A stretch of DNA of 64,000 bases from a virus (lineage: Duplodnaviria; Caudoviricetes): positions 1,718 to 65,717 of the IMG/VR virus record IMGVR_UViG_3300027668_000016; one strand, 5' to 3'. Under the pieces are notes generated by a model. The model was not told the origin of the DNA, did no database searches, and saw nothing but the letters and a program-made list of their open reading frames with translations. Positions 1 through 8,969 of this stretch are shown piece by piece. Positions within the stretch are counted from its first letter, which is position 1. Each line of letters opens with the position of its first letter. A program made the position numbers and the translations under genes.

Positions 1-226
1 GGTCTAACTCACCATATGCCCTATTTTCTTTAATCTCTCTACCTTTGTATTTATCAACTTCTCGTTTGAGAACTTCTGATGGGTAGATTCTACCGTTTTG
101 GTTTTCCGATTCAGCTCTTTGTAATACACCCTCAACAATCAATCGACCATTGTGTTTAGTCATGGATTCATTAAGTTGCTTTGGTGTTATACTGAATGGT
201 GTTATGTCTACTAATAGTTTATTCAT
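1..226 (-). CDS. Prohead core protease (T4 gp21-like), 5' part; runs off the window
   Basis: Hand translation: MNKLLVDITPFSITPKQLNESMLKHNGRLIVEGVLQRAESENQNGRIYPSEVLKREVDKY...NRAYGELD. The N-x-NGRxYP and A-x-GELD(H) motifs are typical of gp21, and the gene lies downstream of the portal. Confidence 0.9.
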   Translation of the reverse strand, partial: MNKLLVDITPFSITPKQLNESMTKHNGRLIVEGVLQRAESENQNGRIYPSEVLKREVDKYKGREIKENRAYGELD

Positions 227-360
227 TACTTATCCCACACTTTTCGTTTCCTATACAAATCAAACATAATTTGTGCTACCTCATATCGTATAAGTAGCCT
301 GATATCTTCCAAATCCTTATTTGAAAGTTCTTCTTTTAATATTTTCTTTTTACGAATCAT
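226..360 (-). CDS. Small 44-aa hypothetical protein (head module)
   Basis: MIRKKKILKEELSNKDLEDIRLLIRYEVAQIMFDLYRKRKVWDK; start and stop overlap both neighbouring genes. Confidence 0.65.
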   Translation of the reverse strand: MIRKKKILKEELSNKDLEDIRLLIRYEVAQIMFDLYRKRKVWDK

Positions 361-839
361 GAACTCAGCTCTTTTAGTTTATGTGCTACTTTTAACAATC
401 TTTCAGAGATTTTTCCAAAACGTTGTTGAGTTGATTTCCAATACTGACCAGTATGTACACCAGCTTCAGTTTTTAACTTTGTGTTCTGATTAACGATACG
501 TTCCATTTCGAACATCATACGATTTATTTTTTTAATAGAATCGTTTACCTTTTGATAATCTTTTCGAGTATCATCTTTTTTATATTCTTTATAAGATATT
601 TCATTTATCTTAGATTCTAACTTTCTTTCCAACGATTCCATTGTTTTAATGTTCTTTTTGGATTTTTTAGATTTTTTATAACCTAAAACTTCAATATGGT
701 CATTATCTAATTCATCCTCATCATCAACAAAAGCGTATGGGGTTTTGGGAGGACCTTCTCCACCATCCATATTACCGGTAACATTAATTTCTTCTATCTC
801 TTCAAACTTATCTGATATTTCTTTTAGTAAACTTTTCAT
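357..839 (-). CDS. Hypothetical head-module protein (possible prohead core component)
   Basis: Lies between portal and protease; TAATG coupling; several [IL]xE motifs. Confidence 0.6.
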   Translation of the reverse strand: MKSLLKEISDKFEEIEEINVTGNMDGGEGPPKTPYAFVDDEDELDNDHIEVLGYKKSKKSKKNIKTMESLERKLESKINEISYKEYKKDDTRKDYQKVNDSIKKINRMMFEMERIVNQNTKLKTEAGVHTGQYWKSTQQRFGKISERLLKVAHKLKELSS

Positions 840-1684
840 TAAAATGCCTTTTTTAATTCAGAGTATAACTCATTATATCGTAATAATGATAAAATTTGAG
901 ATTCTGTGATAGTTTTTGAAGATTTTACTTTTGAAATTAATCTTACAACTTCAGTTACCTTAATTTTAGTAACTTGGTCAGTTATTTTTATTAATTTTAT
1001 ATTTTTTGTAAGTAAGTTACATTCTCTTATAACAAAACTCTTTAATTTTTTAGAATTATCAACTGAGTTTATATATTCTTTTAAAATACCACGCTGCTTA
1101 TCAGATAAATGTGTATATTTGTTATTAAAATTCTCTATTAACATTTTCCAAGCAAGTAATCGAACCTCTTTAGGTTGCTTTGAGTACTCTTCGTTGATAG
1201 TTGTGATAACTGTATCTGCATTTTGAGCTTTACCTGTTAGGTGTTCCATCAATGTAGATTTACAATCAACATATTCTTTTGGGTTTTCTGAATTTAAGTA
1301 TTCAAAGAGTTTGTAGATAGATGCATTCTCTTTATAGTTACTAACTCTATAGTTAAAAAAGTCTTCCAATACAAAATTAGATTTAATATCTTTAATTAAG
1401 TTGTATTTTTGCTTACTTAATGTAGTTACGGTTAACTTATTTCGTTCTTTAAGAATAATATTCAAAAACTCACTAGCCTTATACTCAGAATCGAACGATT
1501 CCTTTATAGCAGATTGATATAATCTTAATTCTTTTGCTAATTCCGAATTGTTACCGAAGTGTTCTCTGATAATATCAGTTGCTTTTGAATCTTTGTTGTT
1601 CAAAGTATCGGTCGCAATTTGTCTAACAAGTAATTCAAATAGAATCCCTGTATTTTTAAACTTACTATGCTTTAATTTCTTCAT
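839..1684 (-). CDS. Conserved head-module protein (possible core/scaffold)
   Basis: 281-aa helical ORF directly downstream of the portal, preceded by the ATATTTAT motif. Confidence 0.6.
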   Translation of the reverse strand: MKKLKHSKFKNTGILFELLVRQIATDTLNNKDSKATDIIREHFGNNSELAKELRLYQSAIKESFDSEYKASEFLNIILKERNKLTVTTLSKQKYNLIKDIKSNFVLEDFFNYRVSNYKENASIYKLFEYLNSENPKEYVDCKSTLMEHLTGKAQNADTVITTINEEYSKQPKEVRLLAWKMLIENFNNKYTHLSDKQRGILKEYINSVDNSKKLKSFVIRECNLLTKNIKLIKITDQVTKIKVTEVVRLISKVKSSKTITESQILSLLRYNELYSELKKAF

Positions 1685-1734
1685 CCGTTCCTTATAGTTT
1701 GGTAGAATAACCCATACAGTTGGTTATAAATATA

Positions 1735-3636
1735 TTAATTATTAGAATCCAATATATTATTTTCATCTAATAGTGATATATTATCAGTTTCTTCTTCAAT
1801 TTTAAGAGATTCTGCTATAATACCTCTAGTCTTAATCTTAATTTTCATTTTAGATAACATTGAGTTCGTAGATTCTTTGTTAACTACTTCGTTTGCGTTA
1901 TATCCTCTTGATGGAGCTTCTGGTTTAATAGAAATACTTTTATTTCCTATTGGGTCTCTACCAAATGGGGATTTATCTTTCCCATATGTATTACCTTCCT
2001 TAGGTCTACCAGCCCCCTCATATCCACCTTCAGGTGTTTCAGATTCAACGGTTGGGAATCCGGCATTTGCTCCGTTATCATCACCAACTTGATTACCACT
2101 TTGTTGTAGTGTTGCCATATCATGTGGAGTTCCGAATGATTCACCAGTCTTAATCGGGTCATTACCTTCACTTTCAATCTGCTCTTGTCTGAATCCTAAT
2201 TTAAGGTCATTAATAACCCCCATTTGTTCTTTCTTCCACTCATCATCACTCATATTGAAAATGTTTTTATACATCCATTCTTGTGATACCATTTTAAGGT
2301 CTTTCATATCCCTTACTAATGATACTTTTTCAGACCAAAGGTTTGCCTTCTCTTGCTCATATATAATAGATGGTGTTGTTAACTCTAATTCAAAGTTTAC
2401 CAACTCAGCATCCTCATATCCTTGTGAGTATAAGTGAACTATTGCTATTTTAGTTAATTCTGAAAGTACAATCTTTTGGATTCTCTCTACTGAACGAGCA
2501 AATCTAATATCTTGCTGTGCTAATGTAGATTTACCTTCAACACCTTCTTCATATCCAATAAATGCTTTTGGAACTTTAAGAGCTGCCATCATTCTGTTCT
2601 TTAGGTATTCGATATCATCTATACCACCGAACTCCATACCACTAAGAGAATCAATTTCAGTACCACTTTGCCCACCTCTTACAGGTAAGTAATAATCTTC
2701 TAGCATATTCTGCATATTGAATTTTAAGTTGTACTCACCAGTCGCTTCATCCACATAAGGAACTTTCTTCATTTGGTCAATGATGTTTGCCATATACGAA
2801 TCAACTTCTGCTGGTGGAATATTTCCAATATCAATTTTAAAGATTCTCTTTTCAGGTGCTCTCATAATTCTATGAATCATCATTGCATCTTCCATAAGAA
2901 TTAATTGCTTCCAAGTCTTTCTTGCACCTTCTAATAAAGAACGACCATAAGGAAGGAAGTTTGTATCTGTAAGTAATCTAAAATGTGCTACTTGAAATGA
3001 TTCTAAGTATTTAGTTGAGTTTCTTTGAGATGCGGCTGATGTGTTATGTTCATCTACTTCAAATCGTACTGAGTATGGGTTATCTAAATCATAACCTTCT
3101 TCTCTACGAGTCTCATAAACTGATAATGGTTGTGCATTTACTACACCCAACTCATCATCTAAATCTAAATGTAAATAGTAATCACCATATTTGTTCATAC
3201 CTCTAACCCATCCCCAAAGATTGAATTCAATATTCAATACATCGTAAAATAGGTTGTGAAGTGTTTTCTTTAATTTTTCATCAGATGATTTAATTCTAAT
3301 AACATCACCCATATCATTTTTAAGGGTAGCCTCATCGGAGTATATATCTAATATAGATGAAATGATAGAATCTTTATCCATCGATTCATAATCAGTATAT
3401 AATTCTAATTTGTTTGAATGGTAATTAAATCGTTCATTGGAACTTTGCCAATTCTTTCTTGAGTTTGCCCCATGCAATCTACCATATCTATCGTAATGAG
3501 CAGAACCTTGCTTATTACCATCGCTCTGTAATCTTGATGAATCGACTACTTTTATCTTATCCTTTCCAACACGCCGTACAACGACTTGTGTTGAGAATAA
3601 TTTCTTTAATTTACCGAATAATGAATTGTCTGCCAT
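1735..3636 (-). CDS. Portal protein (T4 gp20-like)
   Basis: Motifs LMEDAMMIHRIMRAPEKRIFKIDIGN, MLEDYYLPVRGG..GTEIDSL, IDDIEYL..ALKVP. Confidence 0.95.
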   Translation of the reverse strand: MADNSLFGKLKKLFSTQVVVRRVGKDKIKVVDSSRLQSDGNKQGSAHYDRYGRLHGANSRKNWQSSNERFNYHSNKLELYTDYESMDKDSIISSILDIYSDEATLKNDMGDVIRIKSSDEKLKKTLHNLFYDVLNIEFNLWGWVRGMNKYGDYYLHLDLDDELGVVNAQPLSVYETRREEGYDLDNPYSVRFEVDEHNTSAASQRNSTKYLESFQVAHFRLLTDTNFLPYGRSLLEGARKTWKQLILMEDAMMIHRIMRAPEKRIFKIDIGNIPPAEVDSYMANIIDQMKKVPYVDEATGEYNLKFNMQNMLEDYYLPVRGGQSGTEIDSLSGMEFGGIDDIEYLKNRMMAALKVPKAFIGYEEGVEGKSTLAQQDIRFARSVERIQKIVLSELTKIAIVHLYSQGYEDAELVNFELELTTPSIIYEQEKANLWSEKVSLVRDMKDLKMVSQEWMYKNIFNMSDDEWKKEQMGVINDLKLGFRQEQIESEGNDPIKTGESFGTPHDMATLQQSGNQVGDDNGANAGFPTVESETPEGGYEGAGRPKEGNTYGKDKSPFGRDPIGNKSISIKPEAPSRGYNANEVVNKESTNSMLSKMKIKIKTRGIIAESLKIEEETDNISLLDENNILDSNN

Positions 3637-3739
3637 AATTATATGTTTATATAGTACTTACAATTTATAAATATACAAAAAATATTTAATATATCCTAAT
3701 TTATCTTTACAAATTTTGACAATTGTCAAAAAACAACCA

Positions 3740-5311
3740 TCACAATAACCAGCTTATATCCTCATCACCTTTTCCAGTGTTAACTTTCCAAGCATTCTTA
3801 GCTTGGGTTGATGAGGTTTTAAATACTCCTGAGTTTTTAGATGTTAATGATAATGCTTTTCTATTTAATTCAATTCCTTGTTGTCTCAATTTTAATGCGG
3901 TATCTCTAACCCATAATGCAGTTGAAAATGATATAGTTAAATCATCGTTATAACCTTGCTGAGCCTCTGCTCTACTACCATTCCAAATAAATACAAACAA
4001 CTCATCTATCAATCTCTTAGAACGTATGATAGGTGTCCTGTCTCTCATATAAGTATCTAACTTAGATATAACTAATGGTCGTGTTCTACTTGTCATTGAG
4101 AATCCTGGTACCATCTGAGATTTATCTTTTAAATCAAATCCCTTATTCAAATGAATATCGTTATCTACATATCCATAATCTTTTGCTGAATAATATAAGT
4201 TTGTATAGTTTCTATCAATTGCTTCTTGAATTACAGCCCAACCAATGTTTGCGTTTTCAATTACTAATAATGCATCATTCCATTCGGTTGCAACGTTAAC
4301 TAACATTCTACCGTAATCTTTAGTATCTATCTTACCTTTGTATTCTGCTACTTGCTCTACCGATTCTATATCAATAACGTGGAATGCTGAATAATCTTTT
4401 CCATCACCCCTAGCGACATCTGCTACTACTACATAATTCCTACTATAATTTGGTTGTTGCCATAACCAATAGTTCCCATCAAACCCACGTTTTTCAATGG
4501 GGTCTTGTACATGAGTTTCTTCGTACCATTGTAGTAGCTCACCATCAACAACCGTATAACCAGATGAAATGAAATCACAATCACATTCTTGTGCTGCCAT
4601 TTTCTCACCTAATAGTTGTGTTTGTTTTTCTCTCCACTTTTCATCACGCTCAGGGTGTACAGTCCAATGTAATTTAATTGGATTCCAGCTATCACCAATT
4701 TCACCCTTTTGCCAAGTTTTATGAAAGAAGTTACCAACACCATTTGGAGTTGATAAAACAATTGCCTTTCCACCAGTCGATAGAGTTGATTGGGCGGATG
4801 CCCATATTTCATCTACACTTTTAATAAATGCAGCTTCATCTATAATTAACATTGATAACGCTTCAGAACGACCTGCATCACCACTAGCAGATGTTGCTTT
4901 AATCTGAGAACCATTCCCTAATCTTAATGACAGTTTGTTATCTTCAATAGTTTCACCCTTCAACCAAGATGGAAGGCTTTCGTGCATGTATCGAACTTTA
5001 GTTACTAAGTTTTTAGCTACCTCTTGTTTAGTTGCGATTACTAATACATTCTTATCATCTTGAAATAACATCATCCAAAGTGAATACCCTGCTGATAATG
5101 TTGAGATACCTAATTGACGTGATTTAAGAATTACGTTGAATTGATGTTCATCGAGTTCACCCATAACATCTTCTTGAAATGGGAATAAATCAAATAGAAT
5201 TTTCCCACGCTTTGGGTGTTGGATATAGCAGTACTTTTTAAAAAAGTATATTGGGTTTTTAGCACATTTTACATATTCTTCTCGAATAAGTTCTTTTATA
5301 GATTTACTCAT
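3740..5311 (-). CDS. Terminase large subunit (T4 gp17-like)
   Basis: Walker A KSRQLGIST, Walker B IIDEAAF, STPNG coupling motif, nuclease motifs VADVARG and DDL. Confidence 0.96.
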   Translation of the reverse strand: MSKSIKELIREEYVKCAKNPIYFFKKYCYIQHPKRGKILFDLFPFQEDVMGELDEHQFNVILKSRQLGISTLSAGYSLWMMLFQDDKNVLVIATKQEVAKNLVTKVRYMHESLPSWLKGETIEDNKLSLRLGNGSQIKATSASGDAGRSEALSMLIIDEAAFIKSVDEIWASAQSTLSTGGKAIVLSTPNGVGNFFHKTWQKGEIGDSWNPIKLHWTVHPERDEKWREKQTQLLGEKMAAQECDCDFISSGYTVVDGELLQWYEETHVQDPIEKRGFDGNYWLWQQPNYSRNYVVVADVARGDGKDYSAFHVIDIESVEQVAEYKGKIDTKDYGRMLVNVATEWNDALLVIENANIGWAVIQEAIDRNYTNLYYSAKDYGYVDNDIHLNKGFDLKDKSQMVPGFSMTSRTRPLVISKLDTYMRDRTPIIRSKRLIDELFVFIWNGSRAEAQQGYNDDLTISFSTALWVRDTALKLRQQGIELNRKALSLTSKNSGVFKTSSTQAKNAWKVNTGKGDEDISWLL

Positions 5312-5314
5312 AAC

Positions 5315-5941
5315 TTACTTTTTACCAAGTTTCCACATCATTCTTGCAGAAATCACCGGCTCTAAGGTTTGATTAAACCCTAAACCGATTCCAAATACTT
5401 TCTTACGTTTACTTCTAAATAAAAGTTCACCACCAATATAATTGAATTGAGTTCTGTTACCAGCTAACCCAATACCTACATAAAACTCATGTTTACTAAT
5501 TAATGAATCTCTTGTAATGGTGGTGGTTGGTAATAATAAATTTGGGGTGATTTGTCGAAACACAATTGAGTTTTTACTAATTGTATCGTTTATTATGATG
5601 TTACCTAATGAATCTAAATTTAATGTATCCGTATAGAAATACTTTGTATAGTAATCTTTTAAAATATCTAATGTATCAATGTTCGCTGGGATGGTATCAT
5701 GTATAGTTTCAATTTTGGTTTTCCATTTTGGTATATAAACTAAACTATCAATCTTTACAGTATCCCACTTTGTTTCAATTTTAGTAATAACCGTACCTTC
5801 AACAGGCTGTTCGATTCTTTTATTGAATGGGTTTAAGTTAAATGGTTGAAACGGACTTGAACATTGTTGTTGCAGTATAATTATAATAATTAAAACTGCT
5901 ATTATTATACTTTTTAGACTATTGAAAATCTCTTTAATCAT
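5315..5941 (-). CDS. Membrane-anchored periplasmic protein, possibly spanin-like
   Basis: N-terminal hydrophobic helix followed by QQQC, a T/D-rich stalk and C-terminal amphipathic beta-strands. Confidence 0.5.
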   Translation of the reverse strand: MIKEIFNSLKSIIIAVLIIIIILQQQCSSPFQPFNLNPFNKRIEQPVEGTVITKIETKWDTVKIDSLVYIPKWKTKIETIHDTIPANIDTLDILKDYYTKYFYTDTLNLDSLGNIIINDTISKNSIVFRQITPNLLLPTTTITRDSLISKHEFYVGIGLAGNRTQFNYIGGELLFRSKRKKVFGIGLGFNQTLEPVISARMMWKLGKK

Positions 5942-6267
5942 TACTTTTTAGTTGTAGTTTTTTTAGATGGTTTTCTACCTCTACGTGGTTTACCTTTAAC
6001 GGCACCAACTACATCTTTAGTTTGTTTTCTTACTTGCTTTACAGCATCAGTTACATCTTTAACTTCTTCTTTAACTCGCTTAACTCTGCGCTTAACTTCA
6101 GTTCTAACTTTAGTTACTTCTTCTTTAACATCATCAATAGCATCTTCTACTATATCTGGAATACCATCACCATCTGAATCTTTTATTTTTTCTGACTTTG
6201 TAACGTATAATATTGATATCACACTTAGTATGACTAATACTATAATAAAAATTGGGAATGTACTCAT
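5941..6267 (-). CDS. Small membrane protein (N-terminal TM helix, DSDGDG loop, basic tail)
   Basis: Hydrophobic N-terminus, DxDGDGIPD motif, K/R-rich C-terminus. Confidence 0.6.
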   Translation of the reverse strand: MSTFPIFIIVLVILSVISILYVTKSEKIKDSDGDGIPDIVEDAIDDVKEEVTKVRTEVKRRVKRVKEEVKDVTDAVKQVRKQTKDVVGAVKGKPRRGRKPSKKTTTKK

Positions 6268-6332
6268 AATTCAATGTTTTTTTTAAAATTTGTTTATAGT
6301 AATAAATATGTAAAAGTTTTTTATTAATTCAA

Positions 6333-7619
6333 CTACCACTTTCTACAAGACCAATAGTTTGCTTTCCATTTTGGGCCGGGTGAATCACAATTCATTCTAG
6401 CTCTAAATGATTTACGAGCTGCTGGATTATCTTTTTTGATTACCATTCCCTTTTGTCCAAAGTTTACTTTTACTACGTTACCTTTTTCATTATTAACATA
6501 AACTTTAAACTTCTTAACATCACCTTGCATTGGTTTGTTAAGTTTAACTGTTCTACCTTGATATTCACCTTCTTCTATTACTTCAGAAGTATTTTCTTTC
6601 TTCATAAGTTTATATGCCGTATGACTCATCATTACGATACCACTCTTAACAAACTTATCTTTATTAGATTGTTTTTTAAGTGCATCATATACTTGAACGA
6701 TTAAGTTTGCTGAACCCATATCAACTCTTACATTCTTACCACTCTTAGTATCTTTAATCAAATCGTTTTGTGAATCTTTTACGATTTTTCTTAATTGAGT
6801 AATTACTTTAGGCTCTTTAGCTTCGTTAACTACTGATTCATTCATATCTTCGATTGTAGCTGCCATATCACCAATTGCCATAGTTACGTTTCCGTTTCTC
6901 TGATATAGATAATACTTAACACCTTTTGGGTTTGCTACACTTTGTAGAATGATTCTTTCTACTTTTTGTTTACCAACTAAAGTTTTACCCTTAGTTACTT
7001 TGAATTTGGCTTCTCTACCACTACTGATTGATGAACCATACTTAATTGTAATCTCATCACCTTTTTTGAGTTTATCGTAAACCTTTAATCGTTTGTTCAT
7101 ATCCATTGATTTGGCTTCATCTACTGATTCTTTATTTTCAGTTTTCCAACCACCACCTGCTGCTTTGTATTTTTTAGCAGCCCATCCGTTAGCGTATGCC
7201 GATGGGTATACATCGAACTTTTTCTTTGCTTGTGATTTGTAGTAAGACCATTTAGATGAATCAGTTGGAACATTCTTTTCTGTAAGTTCCATTACTCGCT
7301 CTTCTAACTTCTTTTTATAATCTTCACTTGTGATTGTATTAGACTGGTTTTTTTCTAATTCAGCTCTAAGATAATGTTTTGCTCCGATTAGATAATCTTT
7401 TGCTTTGATTACTTTTGCTTGCCACCAATGTGGTAAATCAATTTCATCATTTGTATTTGATAATGTATCCATCACATCTTTTAACTCAGATGCATATCTA
7501 GCGATTACACTTAAATCAGAGGATAACATATCTGGCTCATTATCAGTATGACCTAAATCCGTATCTTCGTTAGTGTCTGATATTTCGTTGATATATTTTG
7601 ATATCCATTTATTATTCAT
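6333..7619 (-). CDS. Modular putative internal head protein (polyprotein-like)
   Basis: Several unrelated small modules (e.g. YPSAYANGW...GGGW; RKSFRARMNC...YWSCRKW) joined by LTE/ESVDE/ESVVNE/VIEE linkers. Confidence 0.6.
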   Translation of the reverse strand: MNNKWISKYINEISDTNEDTDLGHTDNEPDMLSSDLSVIARYASELKDVMDTLSNTNDEIDLPHWWQAKVIKAKDYLIGAKHYLRAELEKNQSNTITSEDYKKKLEERVMELTEKNVPTDSSKWSYYKSQAKKKFDVYPSAYANGWAAKKYKAAGGGWKTENKESVDEAKSMDMNKRLKVYDKLKKGDEITIKYGSSISSGREAKFKVTKGKTLVGKQKVERIILQSVANPKGVKYYLYQRNGNVTMAIGDMAATIEDMNESVVNEAKEPKVITQLRKIVKDSQNDLIKDTKSGKNVRVDMGSANLIVQVYDALKKQSNKDKFVKSGIVMMSHTAYKLMKKENTSEVIEEGEYQGRTVKLNKPMQGDVKKFKVYVNNEKGNVVKVNFGQKGMVIKKDNPAARKSFRARMNCDSPGPKWKANYWSCRKW

Positions 7620-7627
7620 AGTATTCC

Positions 7628-7924
7628 TTAGTTTATGTAATAAGTTAATTCAAATTTACCACTATCCATACCATATAATGATATTGATAACCCCTTTCGT
7701 TGAGGTTTATCATTTTTTAGTAATCCAATTTGGAATGAATGTGTTTTACCAACACCTGGTCTTAATCTACTATATTTACCACCATGTGTGATTTGATTAT
7801 GCCAATCATCTTCATCAATAGTAAATCCTTTTTTCTCAACTGCTGTTTTAGCAAAATCAACGGCTTCACTTGCGGTTTTAAAGTAATCATTATTACCTTC
7901 TAGTAATTCTTTTAACTTAATCAT
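7628..7924 (-). CDS. Putative internal head protein
   Basis: Likely true start is MIKLKELLE at 7924, right after the upstream stop; the leader ends in LLE. Confidence 0.55.
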   Translation of the reverse strand: MIKLKELLEGNNDYFKTASEAVDFAKTAVEKKGFTIDEDDWHNQITHGGKYSRLRPGVGKTHSFQIGLLKNDKPQRKGLSISLYGMDSGKFELTYYIN

Positions 7925-7925
7925 A

Positions 7926-8342
7926 TTATGCTCCTGTTTTGCTATTTGTAGGGGCTTTACCCTTAGTACGGTTACCACCTTTTTTGGAATCACCAGCTTT
8001 CTTTTGTGCTCTTCGTTTTCGACCTACAAAAGTTTTACGTCCATCTGGCCCAAGTTTAGCAGCTTTCTCTTTTGATAAACAAGCAGCGTATGCACCACCC
8101 TTCTTACCATCACCACACTTACCTAACTTCTGACCATCAGAACCGTATCTATCCCATCCACCACCTGATGTAGTACCAGTCTTTCCTTTTCCAAACCATT
8201 TACGGAGGTCTTCGGTCATTAGGTTTTCTGTAGTAAGATATTCATACATATCAGATTTTACATACTCTATAGCTAGTGAATTTTTTACACCATCATTGAT
8301 GTAAGTTTCGTAAGTGTTTTGTATGTATTCTCTGATACCCAT
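7926..8342 (-). CDS. Basic Gly/Lys-rich putative internal head protein
   Basis: LTTENLMTE followed by a DLRKWFG...GGW...KCG...ACL module. Confidence 0.6.
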   Translation of the reverse strand: MGIREYIQNTYETYINDGVKNSLAIEYVKSDMYEYLTTENLMTEDLRKWFGKGKTGTTSGGGWDRYGSDGQKLGKCGDGKKGGAYAACLSKEKAAKLGPDGRKTFVGRKRRAQKKAGDSKKGGNRTKGKAPTNSKTGA

Positions 8343-8932
8343 TAATCTTCCTTAGTCTCTTTATTTTTTAATTTATCAATGAAATCTGTTTTAAAAGTTT
8401 CAAATCCTTCATCAATCTTAGCAATCATTTCATCTTCCGATAAACCATCCCACTCTTCAATAGAACCATCCTCATTTATGAATGATGCTTTAATTGTTGA
8501 TTTTAAAACTTCTTTTTCTATTTCTGCTTCTTTCAACCACGCCTCTGCATTATTTAAAAGTTTTGTACGTTCATATTCATCGTACTCTCCCTTTAACTTT
8601 AAATCATGTTCCATTTCTACAACACAATCTAAACACATACCATGTATAGCTTTCATTTTTAAATCAGCTTGACTTGGTTCTATACAAGCACACGTTTTTT
8701 TACAATTTGGAAATTCTTTTAGGTCTTCTCTTAATTTTGCGAACTTACCAACTTTTACTTTGTATCCGTTTTTTTGTTCCCAAGATTGACCATCATCATC
8801 TATCCAATTTTCTCCAACTTCTTTTTTTACAAACTTTTTACCTTCAAACGATATACTTTTCTTTGTTTGGGTTTTATGTTCACCCAACAGCATCTCGTTT
8901 ACTGCTTTAATATTCTTTAATTTCTTACTCAT
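8342..8932 (-). CDS. Hypothetical protein with Cys/His cluster (possible Zn binding)
   Basis: CKKTCAC...HGMCLDC; preceded by the ATATTTAT motif. Confidence 0.6.
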   Translation of the reverse strand: MSKKLKNIKAVNEMLLGEHKTQTKKSISFEGKKFVKKEVGENWIDDDGQSWEQKNGYKVKVGKFAKLREDLKEFPNCKKTCACIEPSQADLKMKAIHGMCLDCVVEMEHDLKLKGEYDEYERTKLLNNAEAWLKEAEIEKEVLKSTIKASFINEDGSIEEWDGLSEDEMIAKIDEGFETFKTDFIDKLKNKETKED

Positions 8933-8969
8933 AACTATGTTTGTTTTATATAAATATTATATTATTTAA

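Noticed and set aside
3740-5311. Intein or intron in terminase (also checked thyA and primase)
   Set aside because: Lengths are normal, motifs are contiguous and no splice-junction signatures are visible.
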